Positions 49,125 through 59,435 of a DNA stretch of 64,000 nucleotides are shown here, piece by piece. The first letter of the stretch is position 1. Each line of letters starts with the position of its first letter. The notes beneath the pieces are model-generated. The model did no database searches and was not told the origin of the DNA. It was given only the letters and a program-made list of their open reading frames with translations. The DNA is taken from contig JBKEAR010000016.1 of assembly GCA_047972425.1 (NCBI GenBank), positions 5,500 through 69,499 on the forward strand, in the 5' to 3' direction. Position numbers and translations under genes: made by a program. This DNA is from Alphaproteobacteria bacterium. Lineage in GTDB: Bacteria; Pseudomonadota; Alphaproteobacteria; JBKEAR01.

Positions 49125-51827
49125 TTAAGCAGTAGCTGCTTGCGTTGTTGGTGCAGGCGGCGGATCTTTACGAACCCGCTGACGTTGCAGAACCACAACA
49201 GCACCAATTAAGGCAAAGCCAAGCAACCAGAAGAAATACCCGTTCATTCGTTTATTTTCTACCTGCAATATCTCAAGATTAGCATCAAAATCCACTTGTT
49301 TTTCCGATGCTAAAGAGCCAAATTTCACGCCATCAACCAATAATTGACCATCTTTCACAATGGTATATTCAATACCAACAGCATTCAAACGGTCTTCAGC
49401 TGTGCCTTCATTGGCCGTAAATGGTAAATAACGAACACGCGGTGTTTGGCCATTTTTCATGGTAGCCGGCTGCACTTTTATGCGGGCTTTATCGCCTAGT
49501 TTCATGTCACCAAGCTCTTGCATAATCGCCTCGGCACCAGTGTAGTCGGTATAGGGTGGCTCTATCATATCTAAAAAGAAGTTGGGTCTAAACAGAATAA
49601 ACGCTGCTAATAAAAGCATACCCGCTTCCCAAATTTTATTTTTCATCAAAAACCAACCTTGAAGACCCGCTGTAAAGATTAATATGCCAATGGTCGAGAT
49701 AATCGCAACGGTTATCCCTTCTACCCAGCCGACATCCCATAAAAGAAGGCGCGTATTAAAGATAAATAAGAATGGTAAAATTGCTGTACGTAAGCTATAG
49801 AAAAACGCAACCGCACCTGTTTTTAGTGGGTCACCACGCGATATAGCCGCCGCCGCAAATGATGCCAGCCCCACAGGTGGTGTAACATCAGCCATAATAC
49901 CAAAGTAAAAACAGAACATATGTGCTGCCACAAGCGGAACAATTAAGCCATTGGCTTCGCCCAATTCCACCACCACAGGTACCATTAATGTCGAAACCAC
50001 AATATAGTTGGCCGTTGTTGGCAACCCCATACCTAAAATAAGGCTGAGTACGGCGGTCATTAATAGAATAAGGATAATACTATTACCGGCAATCGCCTCT
50101 ACCAAATCGGCAAATTTACTACCAATACCGGTTTGGCTAACCACACCCACAATAATACCTGCAGCTGCTGTTGCCAAAGCAATACCAATCATGGAGCGTG
50201 AACCGGCAATTAAGCCTTGATATAAATCGTTAAAGCCCCATTTAAAATGTGTAGCAAACTCGCCTGTTTTTCTAAAAAAGGCAATGAGCGGGCGTTGGGT
50301 AACAATAATAAATATAAGCAATAAGCTACCCCAAAAGGCCGATAATTCGGGCGAAAGACGGGCAACCATTAAACACCAAATTAACAAAATAACCGGCAAT
50401 AAATAATACATACCCGATAAAAAGATAGGACCGGGGCGAGGTAAGGGAATATCAATCTCGGGGCTGCCATCGGGGTCTAAACCCGGAAAACGGCTACAAT
50501 AACCGACAAGCGCTATATAAATACTCACTAAAATCGCACCAAATGCCCAAGTACTTAAATCGCCCAATATTTTACTTAAAAAACTAACAATAATAAAGGC
50601 CAACCATGAAAACGCACAAATAGCCGCAACTGCACCTAATATGCGCATAAGCCTTGTGGCTGCAGGTGCCGGTGTGTATCCGCGAGGTAAAAGTTCAAAA
50701 TTATTTTTACAAGCCTCTAAATGCACAATATATACAAGGGCAATATAAGAGATAATGGCTGGTAAAAATGCGTGTTTGACGATATCGGGATATTCTAAGC
50801 CGTCAATATAGCTTACCATTAAAAAGGCTGCAGCCCCCATAACAGGTGGCATAATTTGCCCGTTTACTGATGATGAAACTTCTACCGCCCCCGCTTTTTC
50901 AGGGGAAAATCCTACTTTTTTCATCATAGGGATAGTAAATGTACCCGTTGTTACTGTATTGGCAATTGATGAGCCCGAAATAAGCCCTGTTGCACCCGAT
51001 GCCACAACGGCCGCCTTGGCGGGCCCACCGCGTAAATGGCCTAAAGTGGAGAAGGCAATACGAATAAAGTAAGAGCCTGCACCGGCTTGCTCGAGCAACG
51101 AACCAAATAGCACAAATAAAAATACAACCGTCATCGAAACATTAAGCGGTGTACCGAATACGGATTCTTGAGTTAACCATTGGTGATTAATAAAGGCCTT
51201 AAAACTAATATTATTGGTTGCAAAATCACCCAAAATTTTGGCATCGCCAAATAATGTGTAAGCAATACCTAAAGAGGCAATGATAACAAGGGCCGGGCCT
51301 AAGCTTCGGCGCGTGGCTTCAAGTAAAATAACAAGTCCAATACAGCCCATAACAATATCGGTTGTTGTGGGTAGACCAATGCGACTTTGAATGGCCTCCC
51401 AAAATACAATCTGATACAATACGGCCGATACACCAGCCAACATGAGCATCCAATCGTAAAATGGTGCCCGATGTTTGGGGGCTTTTTTAGTCATGGGGAA
51501 AGATAAAAAAACCAAACCTAAGGCAAAAGCTAAATGAATAATCCGCCCTTGTGATGAACCAATAGCAATATTGATTTGAGTGCCGGGGGCAATTTGCTGG
51601 GTAATTGCCGAAAGCCAGCTATTCATCATATATTTTAAAGGCGATGCATACCAAATTTGAAAGATAGACCAAGATAAAGCCAAGGTAATAAATACTTTAT
51701 ATTGCCAACCTTCCACTTGTCTTCCGCCGGAATCGACCGATACAAGCTCTTTAATCCGATCTTCTTCGGCCTCATGTCTTTGATGTTTTTTTGTTTCATC
51801 AAATGTTTTTGCTTTATTGTCTTCCAT
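49125..51827 (-). CDS. TRAP transporter 4TM/12TM fusion permease (TAXI type)
   Basis: LLEATRR, GGPAKAAV, SGSSIANTVTTG, GQIMPPVMGAAAF, LGMGLPTTANY, ADVTPPVGLA; start set at ATG 51827. Confidence 0.95.
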   Translation of the reverse strand: MEDNKAKTFDETKKHQRHEAEEDRIKELVSVDSGGRQVEGWQYKVFITLALSWSIFQIWYASPLKYMMNSWLSAITQQIAPGTQINIAIGSSQGRIIHLAFALGLVFLSFPMTKKAPKHRAPFYDWMLMLAGVSAVLYQIVFWEAIQSRIGLPTTTDIVMGCIGLVILLEATRRSLGPALVIIASLGIAYTLFGDAKILGDFATNNISFKAFINHQWLTQESVFGTPLNVSMTVVFLFVLFGSLLEQAGAGSYFIRIAFSTLGHLRGGPAKAAVVASGATGLISGSSIANTVTTGTFTIPMMKKVGFSPEKAGAVEVSSSVNGQIMPPVMGAAAFLMVSYIDGLEYPDIVKHAFLPAIISYIALVYIVHLEACKNNFELLPRGYTPAPAATRLMRILGAVAAICAFSWLAFIIVSFLSKILGDLSTWAFGAILVSIYIALVGYCSRFPGLDPDGSPEIDIPLPRPGPIFLSGMYYLLPVILLIWCLMVARLSPELSAFWGSLLLIFIIVTQRPLIAFFRKTGEFATHFKWGFNDLYQGLIAGSRSMIGIALATAAAGIIVGVVSQTGIGSKFADLVEAIAGNSIILILLMTAVLSLILGMGLPTTANYIVVSTLMVPVVVELGEANGLIVPLVAAHMFCFYFGIMADVTPPVGLASFAAAAISRGDPLKTGAVAFFYSLRTAILPFLFIFNTRLLLWDVGWVEGITVAIISTIGILIFTAGLQGWFLMKNKIWEAGMLLLAAFILFRPNFFLDMIEPPYTDYTGAEAIMQELGDMKLGDKARIKVQPATMKNGQTPRVRYLPFTANEGTAEDRLNAVGIEYTIVKDGQLLVDGVKFGSLASEKQVDFDANLEILQVENKRMNGYFFWLLGFALIGAVVVLQRQRVRKDPPPAPTTQAATA

Positions 51828-51855
51828 ATTTCCCTCTTTACACATAAAAAACGTA

Positions 51856-51892
51856 AAAAGCCGCCTATACATATGTATACAGGGCGGCTTTT
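51856..51892 (-). terminator. intercistronic hairpin between TAXI binding protein and permease
   Basis: AAAAGCCGCC...GGCGGCTTTT; probably attenuates permease transcription. Confidence 0.65.
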
Positions 51893-51909
51893 ATTAAACT
51901 ATAAATGGA

Positions 51910-52878
51910 TTATTGTAACCAACCCATTTCTTTATAGTATTTTTCTGCGCCCGGATGAATAGGGGCAGATTGGAAATGTGTAACCATATCTTGCTCGTTT
52001 AAGTTTGCAAAGGCTGGGTGCAAACGTTTAAAACGGTTAAAGTTTTCGAAAATGGTTTTTGTTACATTATAAACAACTTCGTCCGGAACATCTGAATAAG
52101 AAAGTAATGTGGCACCCACACCAAATGTTTCTACATCATTGTCGGTTCCTTTATACATTCCGCCCGGAATAACAGCCGGAGAATAATAATCATGCTCGGA
52201 AATTAATTTATCCATAGCAGGTTTTGTTTCTGGATCGGTAAGCGGAACCATAATTACATCACAAGTTGCGGCGGCTTCAGAAAAAGCTGCTGCCGGATGA
52301 CCAGCGGCATAAATAAAGGCATCTAAGTTGTTATCACATAAAGCTTGGGGAGCCTCTGCAGGTTTAAGTTCTGCAGCAAGTTTAAAGTCGGCATTTGTCC
52401 AACCAAGTTCATTCATGATTTCTTCCATTGTGCCACGATAGCCAGAGCTTTGTGGGCCAATATTTACGCGTTTACCTTTAAGGTCGCTAAATGTTTTAAT
52501 GCCAGAGTCGGCACGGGCAACAACGTTAAAAGGTTCGGGATGGATTGAAAATACAAAACGTAATTTATCATCAGGGCCTTGGTCTTCAAATTTAGAAGAA
52601 CCGTGAGTCGCATGATATTGCCAATCGGACTGAGCCACACCAAATTGCAAATCGCCGGCTTTAAGGCCATTAATATTTGCAATAGAACCTGCCGTAGATG
52701 GGGCCACACAGTTAATATTGACATCGGCAGCATTAACAAGCTTACAAACCGATTGTCCGACTTGATAATATACACCAGTTTGCCCGCCTGTACCGATTGT
52801 TACTGATTCCTCAGCAACGGCGCTTGTCGCAAATGCAGTAGTCGCAACAAATACAGTGGCTAAAATTGATTTTTTCAT
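51910..52878 (-). CDS. TAXI family TRAP solute-binding protein
   Basis: IGTGGQTGVYY, STAGSIAN, QSDWQYHA, DLKGKRVNIG, PIHPGAEKYYKE. Confidence 0.95.
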   Translation of the reverse strand: MKKSILATVFVATTAFATSAVAEESVTIGTGGQTGVYYQVGQSVCKLVNAADVNINCVAPSTAGSIANINGLKAGDLQFGVAQSDWQYHATHGSSKFEDQGPDDKLRFVFSIHPEPFNVVARADSGIKTFSDLKGKRVNIGPQSSGYRGTMEEIMNELGWTNADFKLAAELKPAEAPQALCDNNLDAFIYAAGHPAAAFSEAAATCDVIMVPLTDPETKPAMDKLISEHDYYSPAVIPGGMYKGTDNDVETFGVGATLLSYSDVPDEVVYNVTKTIFENFNRFKRLHPAFANLNEQDMVTHFQSAPIHPGAEKYYKEMGWLQ

Positions 52879-53229
52879 GTTGTCTCCTTATTTTGTACGT
52901 ATCTATGAGTACCTTAGTCATAATAACGGCTTGCATTGATAATTGCAATTATTTTTATAAATACTCATAAATGATAGATTTTATTTCACTTTTTTCTTTT
53001 TTATTTGCAAAGTAAATAACTAAGCTTTTCATCAGAGAATAACATATAACTTTACACTATATACTAAAATCATTTAATATAACTTGTTACGTTTTTTATA
53101 GTTGCTATTTAGATCTGAAATTTAATTTTCACCCATATATTTCTAAATGCTTAAAAAAGAATCGACATTCCGAATATTTTTTGTCAATGTAAATAGCTTG
53201 TGAAAATACAATGATTGGAGCCTGCACAA

Positions 53230-53748
53230 ATGATGAATTTAGATAATTATATTGCCCGTGTACCAGATTTTCCGAAACCCGGCATTTTATTTTACGACAT
53301 TGTCCCCCTACTGGCCGATGCCGATGCTTGGCAAGTAGCTATTGGGCGATTATCTAAAGAAGTCAGCCGCTTGCAGCCCGATATTTTAATTGGTATTGAA
53401 TCTCGCGGATTTTTGGTTGCCGGCCCTGTTGCTGCCCATTTGGGATTAGGCTTTGCTTTAGTGCGCAAACCCGGCAAATTACCCGGCGAAACAATTGGAT
53501 TGGATTACGAATTAGAATATGGTTCCGACCGTTTAGAAATATCGAAAAATATTATTAAACCCGGCATGCGTGTTGTATTAATGGACGATTTGCTTGCAAC
53601 TGGCGGCACATTAAAAGCTACCGCCGATTTAATTGAAAAAGTAGGTGGCGAGGTTGTTGGTGCCGCCTGTATTATTGAGCTTAACGACCTTAATGGCCGC
53701 AATAAAGTTAACTTCCCTTGTGTTTCTCTATTAAATTACGATGGCTAA
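53230..53748 (+). CDS. apt: adenine phosphoribosyltransferase
   Basis: [43 protein letters not shown]; start uncertain (53230/53233). Confidence 0.96.
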   Translation: MMNLDNYIARVPDFPKPGILFYDIVPLLADADAWQVAIGRLSKEVSRLQPDILIGIESRGFLVAGPVAAHLGLGFALVRKPGKLPGETIGLDYELEYGSDRLEISKNIIKPGMRVVLMDDLLATGGTLKATADLIEKVGGEVVGAACIIELNDLNGRNKVNFPCVSLLNYDG

Positions 53749-53750
53749 TA

Positions 53751-54782
53751 TTATAAATCTTTTAAGGCTTTTTTTATAACAGTCGGGAGGGCAATTTGTG
53801 CCAAATTTTCCCTGCTCACCCAATAGGCATCATTCCACCCAATTATATGCTCCATTGTTACATTATAAACTTTTGCCCGCAACTCAATATGGGTAAATAT
53901 ATGTTTATATTCATAAAGGAGCGCTTTATTATAAAGGCTATTTTTTAACCGATCTTCTATCGAGCTTGTGTCATCATTATACCAATTATTCGATGGTAAA
54001 ACATACATCGATGCCAATAAGCCTTGGTTGGGACGTTTAAAAAATAAAATTTCTCCCTGCCGATTGTATACACGATAAAATTGTGCATAACGAATCTCTT
54101 TAGCCTTTTTTACCTGTTTTATCGGATAGTTATTCACTTTACCCTGATTAAATGCCTTACAATGACTTACAATTGGGCAATGGGTGCATTGGGGTTGGTT
54201 AGGGCGGCAAATAAGTGCACCCAGCTCTATCAGCGCTTGGGTGAAGTCCCCTGCTCTATCGGGAATATAAGTAAGTAATTGTTTTCGCTGCTTCTGTTTT
54301 AATTTTTCGCCTATGTCATCCATGAGCCAAAAACGGGCGAATAACCGCGCCACATTGCCATCAATTGCCGCCGCTTTCTGATTAAAAGCAATTGAGGCAA
54401 TTGCTGCCGCCGTGTAATCGCCTAATCCGGGAATTTTTTTGAGTTTATCTAAATCTTGCGGTAACTGCCCACCATATTCACTTTTTATATATTGAATACC
54501 CTTATAAAGATTGCGCGCCCGCGAGTAATAGCCCAACCCTTGCCAAAAATGGTAAATTTCATCTTCGCTTATTTGCAAAAATGCATTAAAACTAGGCCAT
54601 CTCTCCATAAATTCTAAATATCGCGGCATAACTGTAGCAACTGTTGTTTGTTGCAACATGACCTCAGATACCCAAGTTTGCCAAGGTTCTACCTTATTAT
54701 CCTTATCGGCACGCCAAGGCATGGTTCGCTTATGGGTATCAAACCATAATAATAATCTGTTTGGCCATGTTTGTTGCGTCAT
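53751..54782 (-). CDS. mutY: A/G-specific adenine glycosylase
   Basis: WVSEVMLQQT, WQGLGYYSRARNL, LPGLGDYTAAAI, ELGALICRPNQPQCTHCPIVSHC; start set at ATG 54782. Confidence 0.96.
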   Translation of the reverse strand: MTQQTWPNRLLLWFDTHKRTMPWRADKDNKVEPWQTWVSEVMLQQTTVATVMPRYLEFMERWPSFNAFLQISEDEIYHFWQGLGYYSRARNLYKGIQYIKSEYGGQLPQDLDKLKKIPGLGDYTAAAIASIAFNQKAAAIDGNVARLFARFWLMDDIGEKLKQKQRKQLLTYIPDRAGDFTQALIELGALICRPNQPQCTHCPIVSHCKAFNQGKVNNYPIKQVKKAKEIRYAQFYRVYNRQGEILFFKRPNQGLLASMYVLPSNNWYNDDTSSIEDRLKNSLYNKALLYEYKHIFTHIELRAKVYNVTMEHIIGWNDAYWVSRENLAQIALPTVIKKALKDL

Positions 54783-54862
54783 TTTGCTCTTTCCATATTT
54801 TTTCCTTGTTATTACCTTACATTTGCCACAGTTTAAAGTATTAATTACCAAAGGAGGTTTAT

Positions 54863-55249
54863 TTGAACACCAAAAAAAAGCGAAATGATTATTGGATAAG
54901 TCAGCATAGATATGGTACATATGCGCTTTCTGATTCAATTTCGCGCCTAGCTGCTCTTAATTTTATTAAACGTGGTCTTGGTGATGGTGCTATTGTTAAA
55001 GAATGGGTGAATATTTGGCCAAAACCATGGTCAGATATCACAATACCCAGACGGATCCGATGGCCTTCGAATGAACAGAGAAACGGTGTTTTAGAGATTT
55101 CGTTACGGAATCCGGCAATGGGAACCATTTTATTGCACGAGAAAAATAACCTAATTGAGTCTATTAATATATGGTTTGGTTATCGCGCAATAGATGATAT
55201 TCGTATTGTTCGGCCGTCCGAAAAAAAAACACTTACTTTTTTAAAATAG
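54863..55249 (+). CDS. DUF721/DciA family protein
   Basis: W..I...P..I.WP....GVL.I...IESINIWFGYRAIDDIRI; divergent from mutY; AAGGAGG before TTG. Confidence 0.75.
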   Translation: MNTKKKRNDYWISQHRYGTYALSDSISRLAALNFIKRGLGDGAIVKEWVNIWPKPWSDITIPRRIRWPSNEQRNGVLEISLRNPAMGTILLHEKNNLIESINIWFGYRAIDDIRIVRPSEKKTLTFLK

Positions 55250-55302
55250 GTTAAGAGAATATCTTTGCCCAATTAATAATACTTTTAGGAGACTAGATAG
55301 TT

Positions 55303-55815
55303 ATGAATTTTAAAACGATTTTAGCAACAACAGCAATTCTTGCTACAACCGCAACTTTATCTGCATGTAAAGAAGAAGCCAAAGAAGCCGTTCAAGATAC
55401 ACAAGCTGCTGTAACAGAAACAACTGAAGCCGTAACCGATGCTGCTACAGAAGCCGCTGAAGCAACAACAGAAGCTGTTGAAGCCACTGCTGATGCCGCA
55501 ACAGATATGGCAACTGATGCCGTTGATGCAACAAAAGATGCTGCTGAAGCCACTGCTGATGCCGCAACAGATATGGCAACTGATGCCGTTGATGCAACAA
55601 AAGATGCTGCTGAAGCCACTGCTGATGCCGCTACTGACGTAGCAACTGATGCTGTAGACGCAACTAAAGATGCTGCTGAGGCGACTGCCGATGCGACAAC
55701 AAATGTTGTTACAGATGCCGTAGACGCAACTAAAGATGCTGCTAACGCCACTGCTGATGAAGTTGGCAAAGCTGCCGATGCCATTAACAATGCTGTTGAT
55801 GCCATCAAAAATTAA
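55303..55815 (+). CDS. Ala/Thr/Asp-rich repeat lipoprotein
   Basis: Lipobox LSAC; four 22-aa repeats. Confidence 0.8.
   Translation: MNFKTILATTAILATTATLSACKEEAKEAVQDTQAAVTETTEAVTDAATEAAEATTEAVEATADAATDMATDAVDATKDAAEATADAATDMATDAVDATKDAAEATADAATDVATDAVDATKDAAEATADATTNVVTDAVDATKDAANATADEVGKAADAINNAVDAIKN
55483..55746 (+). repeat. 66-bp coding tandem repeat x4
   Basis: 55483-55548 and 55549-55614 identical; two further diverged units. Confidence 0.9.
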
Positions 55816-55844
55816 TTTTTAATTATATGGTAAGGAGAACACCT

Positions 55845-56609
55845 ATGCTTACAACCTCTTTACCAAAAATTCCCGTGCGTAATTTTTTACGCACGGTATT
55901 GTTTTTGGTATTATCTATTTTTTATTCCCAACATGCGCTTGCCGCCGAACAACAATCGAGTGACGCACCCCAATTGGCCATAATCAACATGGATAATGCC
56001 CAATTTACAAAAGGTTTTGAAGATATGAAAGACCTTTTAAATGCCGCCGAGTTCGACCCCAATAAAGTGCGTATTCTCGGTACCCCCGATGCTCCATTAA
56101 CACTTTGGGATATATCGGCCTATAGCTGCCCCCATTGTGCCAATTTTCATAAAGATGCTTTACCCGAAATTTTTAATAAATATATCGAAACCGGTAAATT
56201 ACGCGTAGCCTTTATGAATACAGCATTTGATGAATTAACGGCCTATTTTACTGCAGCCACCTATGCCACACAAAATATGGAACAATTCTTAGCTTTAACC
56301 AATATGATTTATGCCGACCAAAATAAATGGTACTCGCAAAATTATCAGGCCGAGCTTAACCGTATGCTTGCTGCCAATGGTATTAGCCAAGAGCAGTTAA
56401 CAAAAACATTGGAATCTGAAAGTTTAAATAAAAATTTACCCCGGATTTTTGAATATATTTCCGAAGGGCTACAAATTAAAGGTACACCCCATTTTATTTT
56501 AACAAAAACTGGTGATGCACCCGAGCAATCCATTGGTTTTGTTGAAGGCAATGATAAAAAAGCGGTTTTAGACTTAATCGAAAAAGGTCTTACACAAACG
56601 GCCAAATAG
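55845..56609 (+). CDS. DsbA-family thioredoxin-fold protein
   Basis: LGTPDAPLTLW..SAYSCPHCANFH, IKGTPHF; AAGGAG before ATG 55845. Confidence 0.88.
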   Translation: MLTTSLPKIPVRNFLRTVLFLVLSIFYSQHALAAEQQSSDAPQLAIINMDNAQFTKGFEDMKDLLNAAEFDPNKVRILGTPDAPLTLWDISAYSCPHCANFHKDALPEIFNKYIETGKLRVAFMNTAFDELTAYFTAATYATQNMEQFLALTNMIYADQNKWYSQNYQAELNRMLAANGISQEQLTKTLESESLNKNLPRIFEYISEGLQIKGTPHFILTKTGDAPEQSIGFVEGNDKKAVLDLIEKGLTQTAK

Positions 56610-56640
56610 CCTTGTCAATTAAGAACAAATAATATAATTT

Positions 56641-56679
56641 AAAAGCTCAAGAAGATTGTATGATTTTCTTGAGCTTTTT
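56641..56679 (+). terminator. 13-bp hairpin after dsbA-like gene
   Basis: AAAAGCTCAAGAA...TTCTTGAGCTTTT. Confidence 0.6.
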
Positions 56680-56682
56680 ATT

Positions 56683-57066
56683 ATGAATGAGCCACAAACA
56701 ATGCAAAATAACGAACCCAATAATTTTGAAGAACGCCTCAATACAGCTAATCAGCGAGATTCATCGGATCAGACCCGTAATCGGTATACAAAAGCTGTTC
56801 ATAAGAGTACGAATCCAAATCATAACCGGCTACTCGGTATAACATCAGAGCTTTTAGGTGGCCTGTTTGTTGGCCTTGGTTTTGGCTATATGCTCGATTA
56901 TTTTTTGGGTACAAAACCAATCTTTTTAGCAATAATGACTCCCTTTGGTGCTTTTATAGGTCTTTATAACGTGTATCGGCTTATTTTAAAAACACCATCT
57001 TCACCATCTTTACCGCAAGAGACTAAAAATGAAACATCTCACGAAAAAAAGATTGACGAAAGCTGA
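56683..57066 (+). CDS. atpI: ATP synthase protein I (AtpI/AtpZ family)
   Basis: SELLGGLFVGLGFGYMLDYFLGTKP..GLYNVYR upstream of atpB; start uncertain. Confidence 0.85.
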   Translation: MNEPQTMQNNEPNNFEERLNTANQRDSSDQTRNRYTKAVHKSTNPNHNRLLGITSELLGGLFVGLGFGYMLDYFLGTKPIFLAIMTPFGAFIGLYNVYRLILKTPSSPSLPQETKNETSHEKKIDES

Positions 57067-57166
57067 TTATCTGTTACATTTTATCACTAACTAGCTATGA
57101 ATTTTATAGCAAATTAACAGTAAACTATGTTGATTTAAGTGAACACAGGGTAAAAGGGAATAAACA

Positions 57167-57919
57167 TTGGTCGCAAGTAACGATTCTCAGAGCTTTCCGG
57201 ATCCTCTCCACCAATTTGATATTGTCGATATCGGCCCCCAAATTCATATTGGCGGAATAGATCTTTCGTTTAACAATTCAGCTTTATGGATGCTCATTGC
57301 GGCTGGCTTAGCTTTTAGCCTTGTTTTTTTTGGTAGTGCTAAAAAGTCGCTTGTTCCCGGTCGCCTTCAGGCTTTTGTCGAAATGCTTTATGGCCTTGTT
57401 ACAGGCTTAATTAAAGATAATATCGGTTCTAAAGGTCGGGCATTTTTTCCTTTTGTTTTCACTTTATTTATTTTCATTTTCTTTGCTAATGCCCTTGGGT
57501 TAATCCCATGGAGCTTCACACCAACATCGCATATTGGCCTTACTTTATTTATGGCCGCATTTGTTATGACAATGGTTACCATTACCGGCTTTGTTCGCCA
57601 TGGTATTGGCTTTTTAAGACTATTTGTCCCCCATGGGGTTCCCCCGCTTTTGCTTGTTTTGTTGGTACCCATTGAATTATTTTCGTATTTAGCACGTGTA
57701 ATGAGTTTATCTGTTCGTTTATTTGCTAATATGTTTGCCGGCCATATGGTAATGAAGGTATTTGCATCCTTTATTTTAGTCTTTGGCCTTGTTGGCTCTT
57801 TGGGCATGTTGGTTAATGTTGCCCTTTATCCGTTCGAGCTATTTGTTGCATTCATCCAAGCGTATATCTTTTCAATCTTGACTTGTTTATACCTTAATGA
57901 TGCTGTGAATATGCATTGA
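57167..57919 (+). CDS. atpB: Fo ATP synthase subunit a
   Basis: DPLHQF, PGRLQAFVE, SLSVRLFANMFAGH, IQAYIF. Confidence 0.97.
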   Translation: MVASNDSQSFPDPLHQFDIVDIGPQIHIGGIDLSFNNSALWMLIAAGLAFSLVFFGSAKKSLVPGRLQAFVEMLYGLVTGLIKDNIGSKGRAFFPFVFTLFIFIFFANALGLIPWSFTPTSHIGLTLFMAAFVMTMVTITGFVRHGIGFLRLFVPHGVPPLLLVLLVPIELFSYLARVMSLSVRLFANMFAGHMVMKVFASFILVFGLVGSLGMLVNVALYPFELFVAFIQAYIFSILTCLYLNDAVNMH

Positions 57920-57953
57920 TAAAATAACTTTTTAAAATACAGAGGTAAAAATT

Positions 57954-58193
57954 ATGGAATCATTTTTAGATCTTACAATTCTTAAGGCCATCGGTGCAGG
58001 TTTTGCTGTTCTTTGTTTAGGTGGTGTTGCCGGTGCTATTGGTAACGTATTTAATGCGGCTATTAACTCTATTGCGCGTAATCCTGCGGCTAAAGCCGAT
58101 ATTCAATCATTTGCATTCATTGGTGCAGCGTTTGCCGAGGCTCTTGGCCTTATGGCTGTGGTTATTGCTTTTCTTATTCTGTTTACACTATAA
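57954..58193 (+). CDS. atpE: Fo ATP synthase subunit c
   Basis: IARNPAA loop, AFAEALG conserved Glu. Confidence 0.96.
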   Translation: MESFLDLTILKAIGAGFAVLCLGGVAGAIGNVFNAAINSIARNPAAKADIQSFAFIGAAFAEALGLMAVVIAFLILFTL

Positions 58194-58209
58194 AATAAGG
58201 ATTTTTGCA

Positions 58210-58770
58210 ATGAAGTTTAAAGCACCCATAATCATTACGGGTAGTTTACTATTAAATATAGCCTTTGCCGAAGGTGGTAGTATTCCGCAATTAGATTTTG
58301 CGACTTGGCCAAAACAGATTTTTTGGTTAGTGATTATTTTTGGTGGTTTATATTTAGCATTGCAAAAAGTTGCTTTACCCCAAGTAAGTGATACAATTGC
58401 TTTAAGGGAGAACCGCATTGCGGATCGCCTTGCTGACGCAAAAAAACTTTTTAAAGAATCACAAGAAAGCCAATCAGAGCAAAATACCCGTTTGATTTCA
58501 GCACGGGAAGAAGCCAATAAAATTCGTATTTTGGCTCGTGACGAGGTTGGTAGTCTGCATAAAGCTGAGCTTTCTAAATTAGATGAACAATTGAATGAAA
58601 AGCTTGATCAAGCCGAGGCATCAATTGCGCAACAATCGAAAGATGCTCTATTAGAGATTAACGATAGTGCGGCCAAAGCAGCAGAGCAAATTTATACGCA
58701 AATTACTGGCAAGCCGATTACTGAAGGTGCAGCCCAAAATGTAATCTCGGTATTAAGCAAAGGGAATTAG
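58210..58770 (+). CDS. Fo ATP synthase subunit b'
   Basis: IPQLDFATWPKQIFWL, LPQV..I..R..RI..L; start set at ATG 58210 (track ORF 58021 overlaps atpE). Confidence 0.9.
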   Translation: MKFKAPIIITGSLLLNIAFAEGGSIPQLDFATWPKQIFWLVIIFGGLYLALQKVALPQVSDTIALRENRIADRLADAKKLFKESQESQSEQNTRLISAREEANKIRILARDEVGSLHKAELSKLDEQLNEKLDQAEASIAQQSKDALLEINDSAAKAAEQIYTQITGKPITEGAAQNVISVLSKGN

Positions 58771-58773
58771 CGG

Positions 58774-59364
58774 ATGAATAAATTATATGCTCTTTTCATA
58801 ACTTTTTTTGGTTTACTTTCAATGCCCTCTTGGGCACGGGATTTATCCCATGGCGCAGAAGAAGGCCATAAAAGTATATTATCCGACCCCACTTTTTGGT
58901 TAGCAATATCTTTTATTATCTTTATTGCAGTTGCTGCAAAACCAGCTTTTAAAGCCATTGCAGCCATGTTGGATAAACGTGCGCAACTTATTGAAGAGCG
59001 TTTAGAAGAAGCCCGTAAATTAAAGGAAGAAGCTGTAGAAATGCGTGCCGAAGCCGAACGTGCCCAGCATGAGGCTATTGAAGAAGCGGCTCGGATTATA
59101 GAATATGCCAAAAAAGATGCCGAACATATTCGGGAGCTTGGTATTACTAGCTTAGAAAAAGCGATTGAAAAGAAAAAATCACTGGTCGAGCAACGCATAA
59201 GTTCGGCACAAGAAAAAGCAATTAATGAGATTAAAGGGCAAACGGCCAATATTGCGTATCAGGCGGCCAATAAACTCATTGATGAAAATTATACGTCTAA
59301 AGATGATGATACCTTAATTGATGATACAATTAATAATCTTTCGGATCTGATGCAACGATCTTAG
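58774..59364 (+). CDS. atpF: Fo ATP synthase subunit b
   Basis: DPTFWLAISF, LDKRAQLIEERLEEARKLKEEA, RISSAQEKAINEIK. Confidence 0.92.
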   Translation: MNKLYALFITFFGLLSMPSWARDLSHGAEEGHKSILSDPTFWLAISFIIFIAVAAKPAFKAIAAMLDKRAQLIEERLEEARKLKEEAVEMRAEAERAQHEAIEEAARIIEYAKKDAEHIRELGITSLEKAIEKKKSLVEQRISSAQEKAINEIKGQTANIAYQAANKLIDENYTSKDDDTLIDDTINNLSDLMQRS

Positions 59365-59389
59365 GATTTATTATTGATAAATCGACTTT

Positions 59390-59414
59390 AAGCTCCTATA
59401 ATTAGGAGCTTTTT
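59390..59414 (+). terminator. terminator after Fo operon
   Basis: AAGCTCCTA-TAAT-TAGGAGCTTTTT. Confidence 0.85.
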
Positions 59415-59435
59415 CTTTATCGATAAGGACTCTTG

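Noticed and set aside
55392-55808. Antisense and alternate-frame ORFs over the repeat lipoprotein (and the many nested ORFs elsewhere in the track)
   Set aside because: Shadow ORFs from codon bias and low-complexity repeats; no RBS or family motifs.
58021-58209. Long N-terminal extension or atpE-b' overlap gene
   Set aside because: Alternative-frame read-through over atpE; the real b' start is ATG 58210.
58210-58870. Signal-peptide-like N-termini on subunits b and b'
   Set aside because: Such extensions are known in alphaproteobacterial Fo b subunits; not novel.
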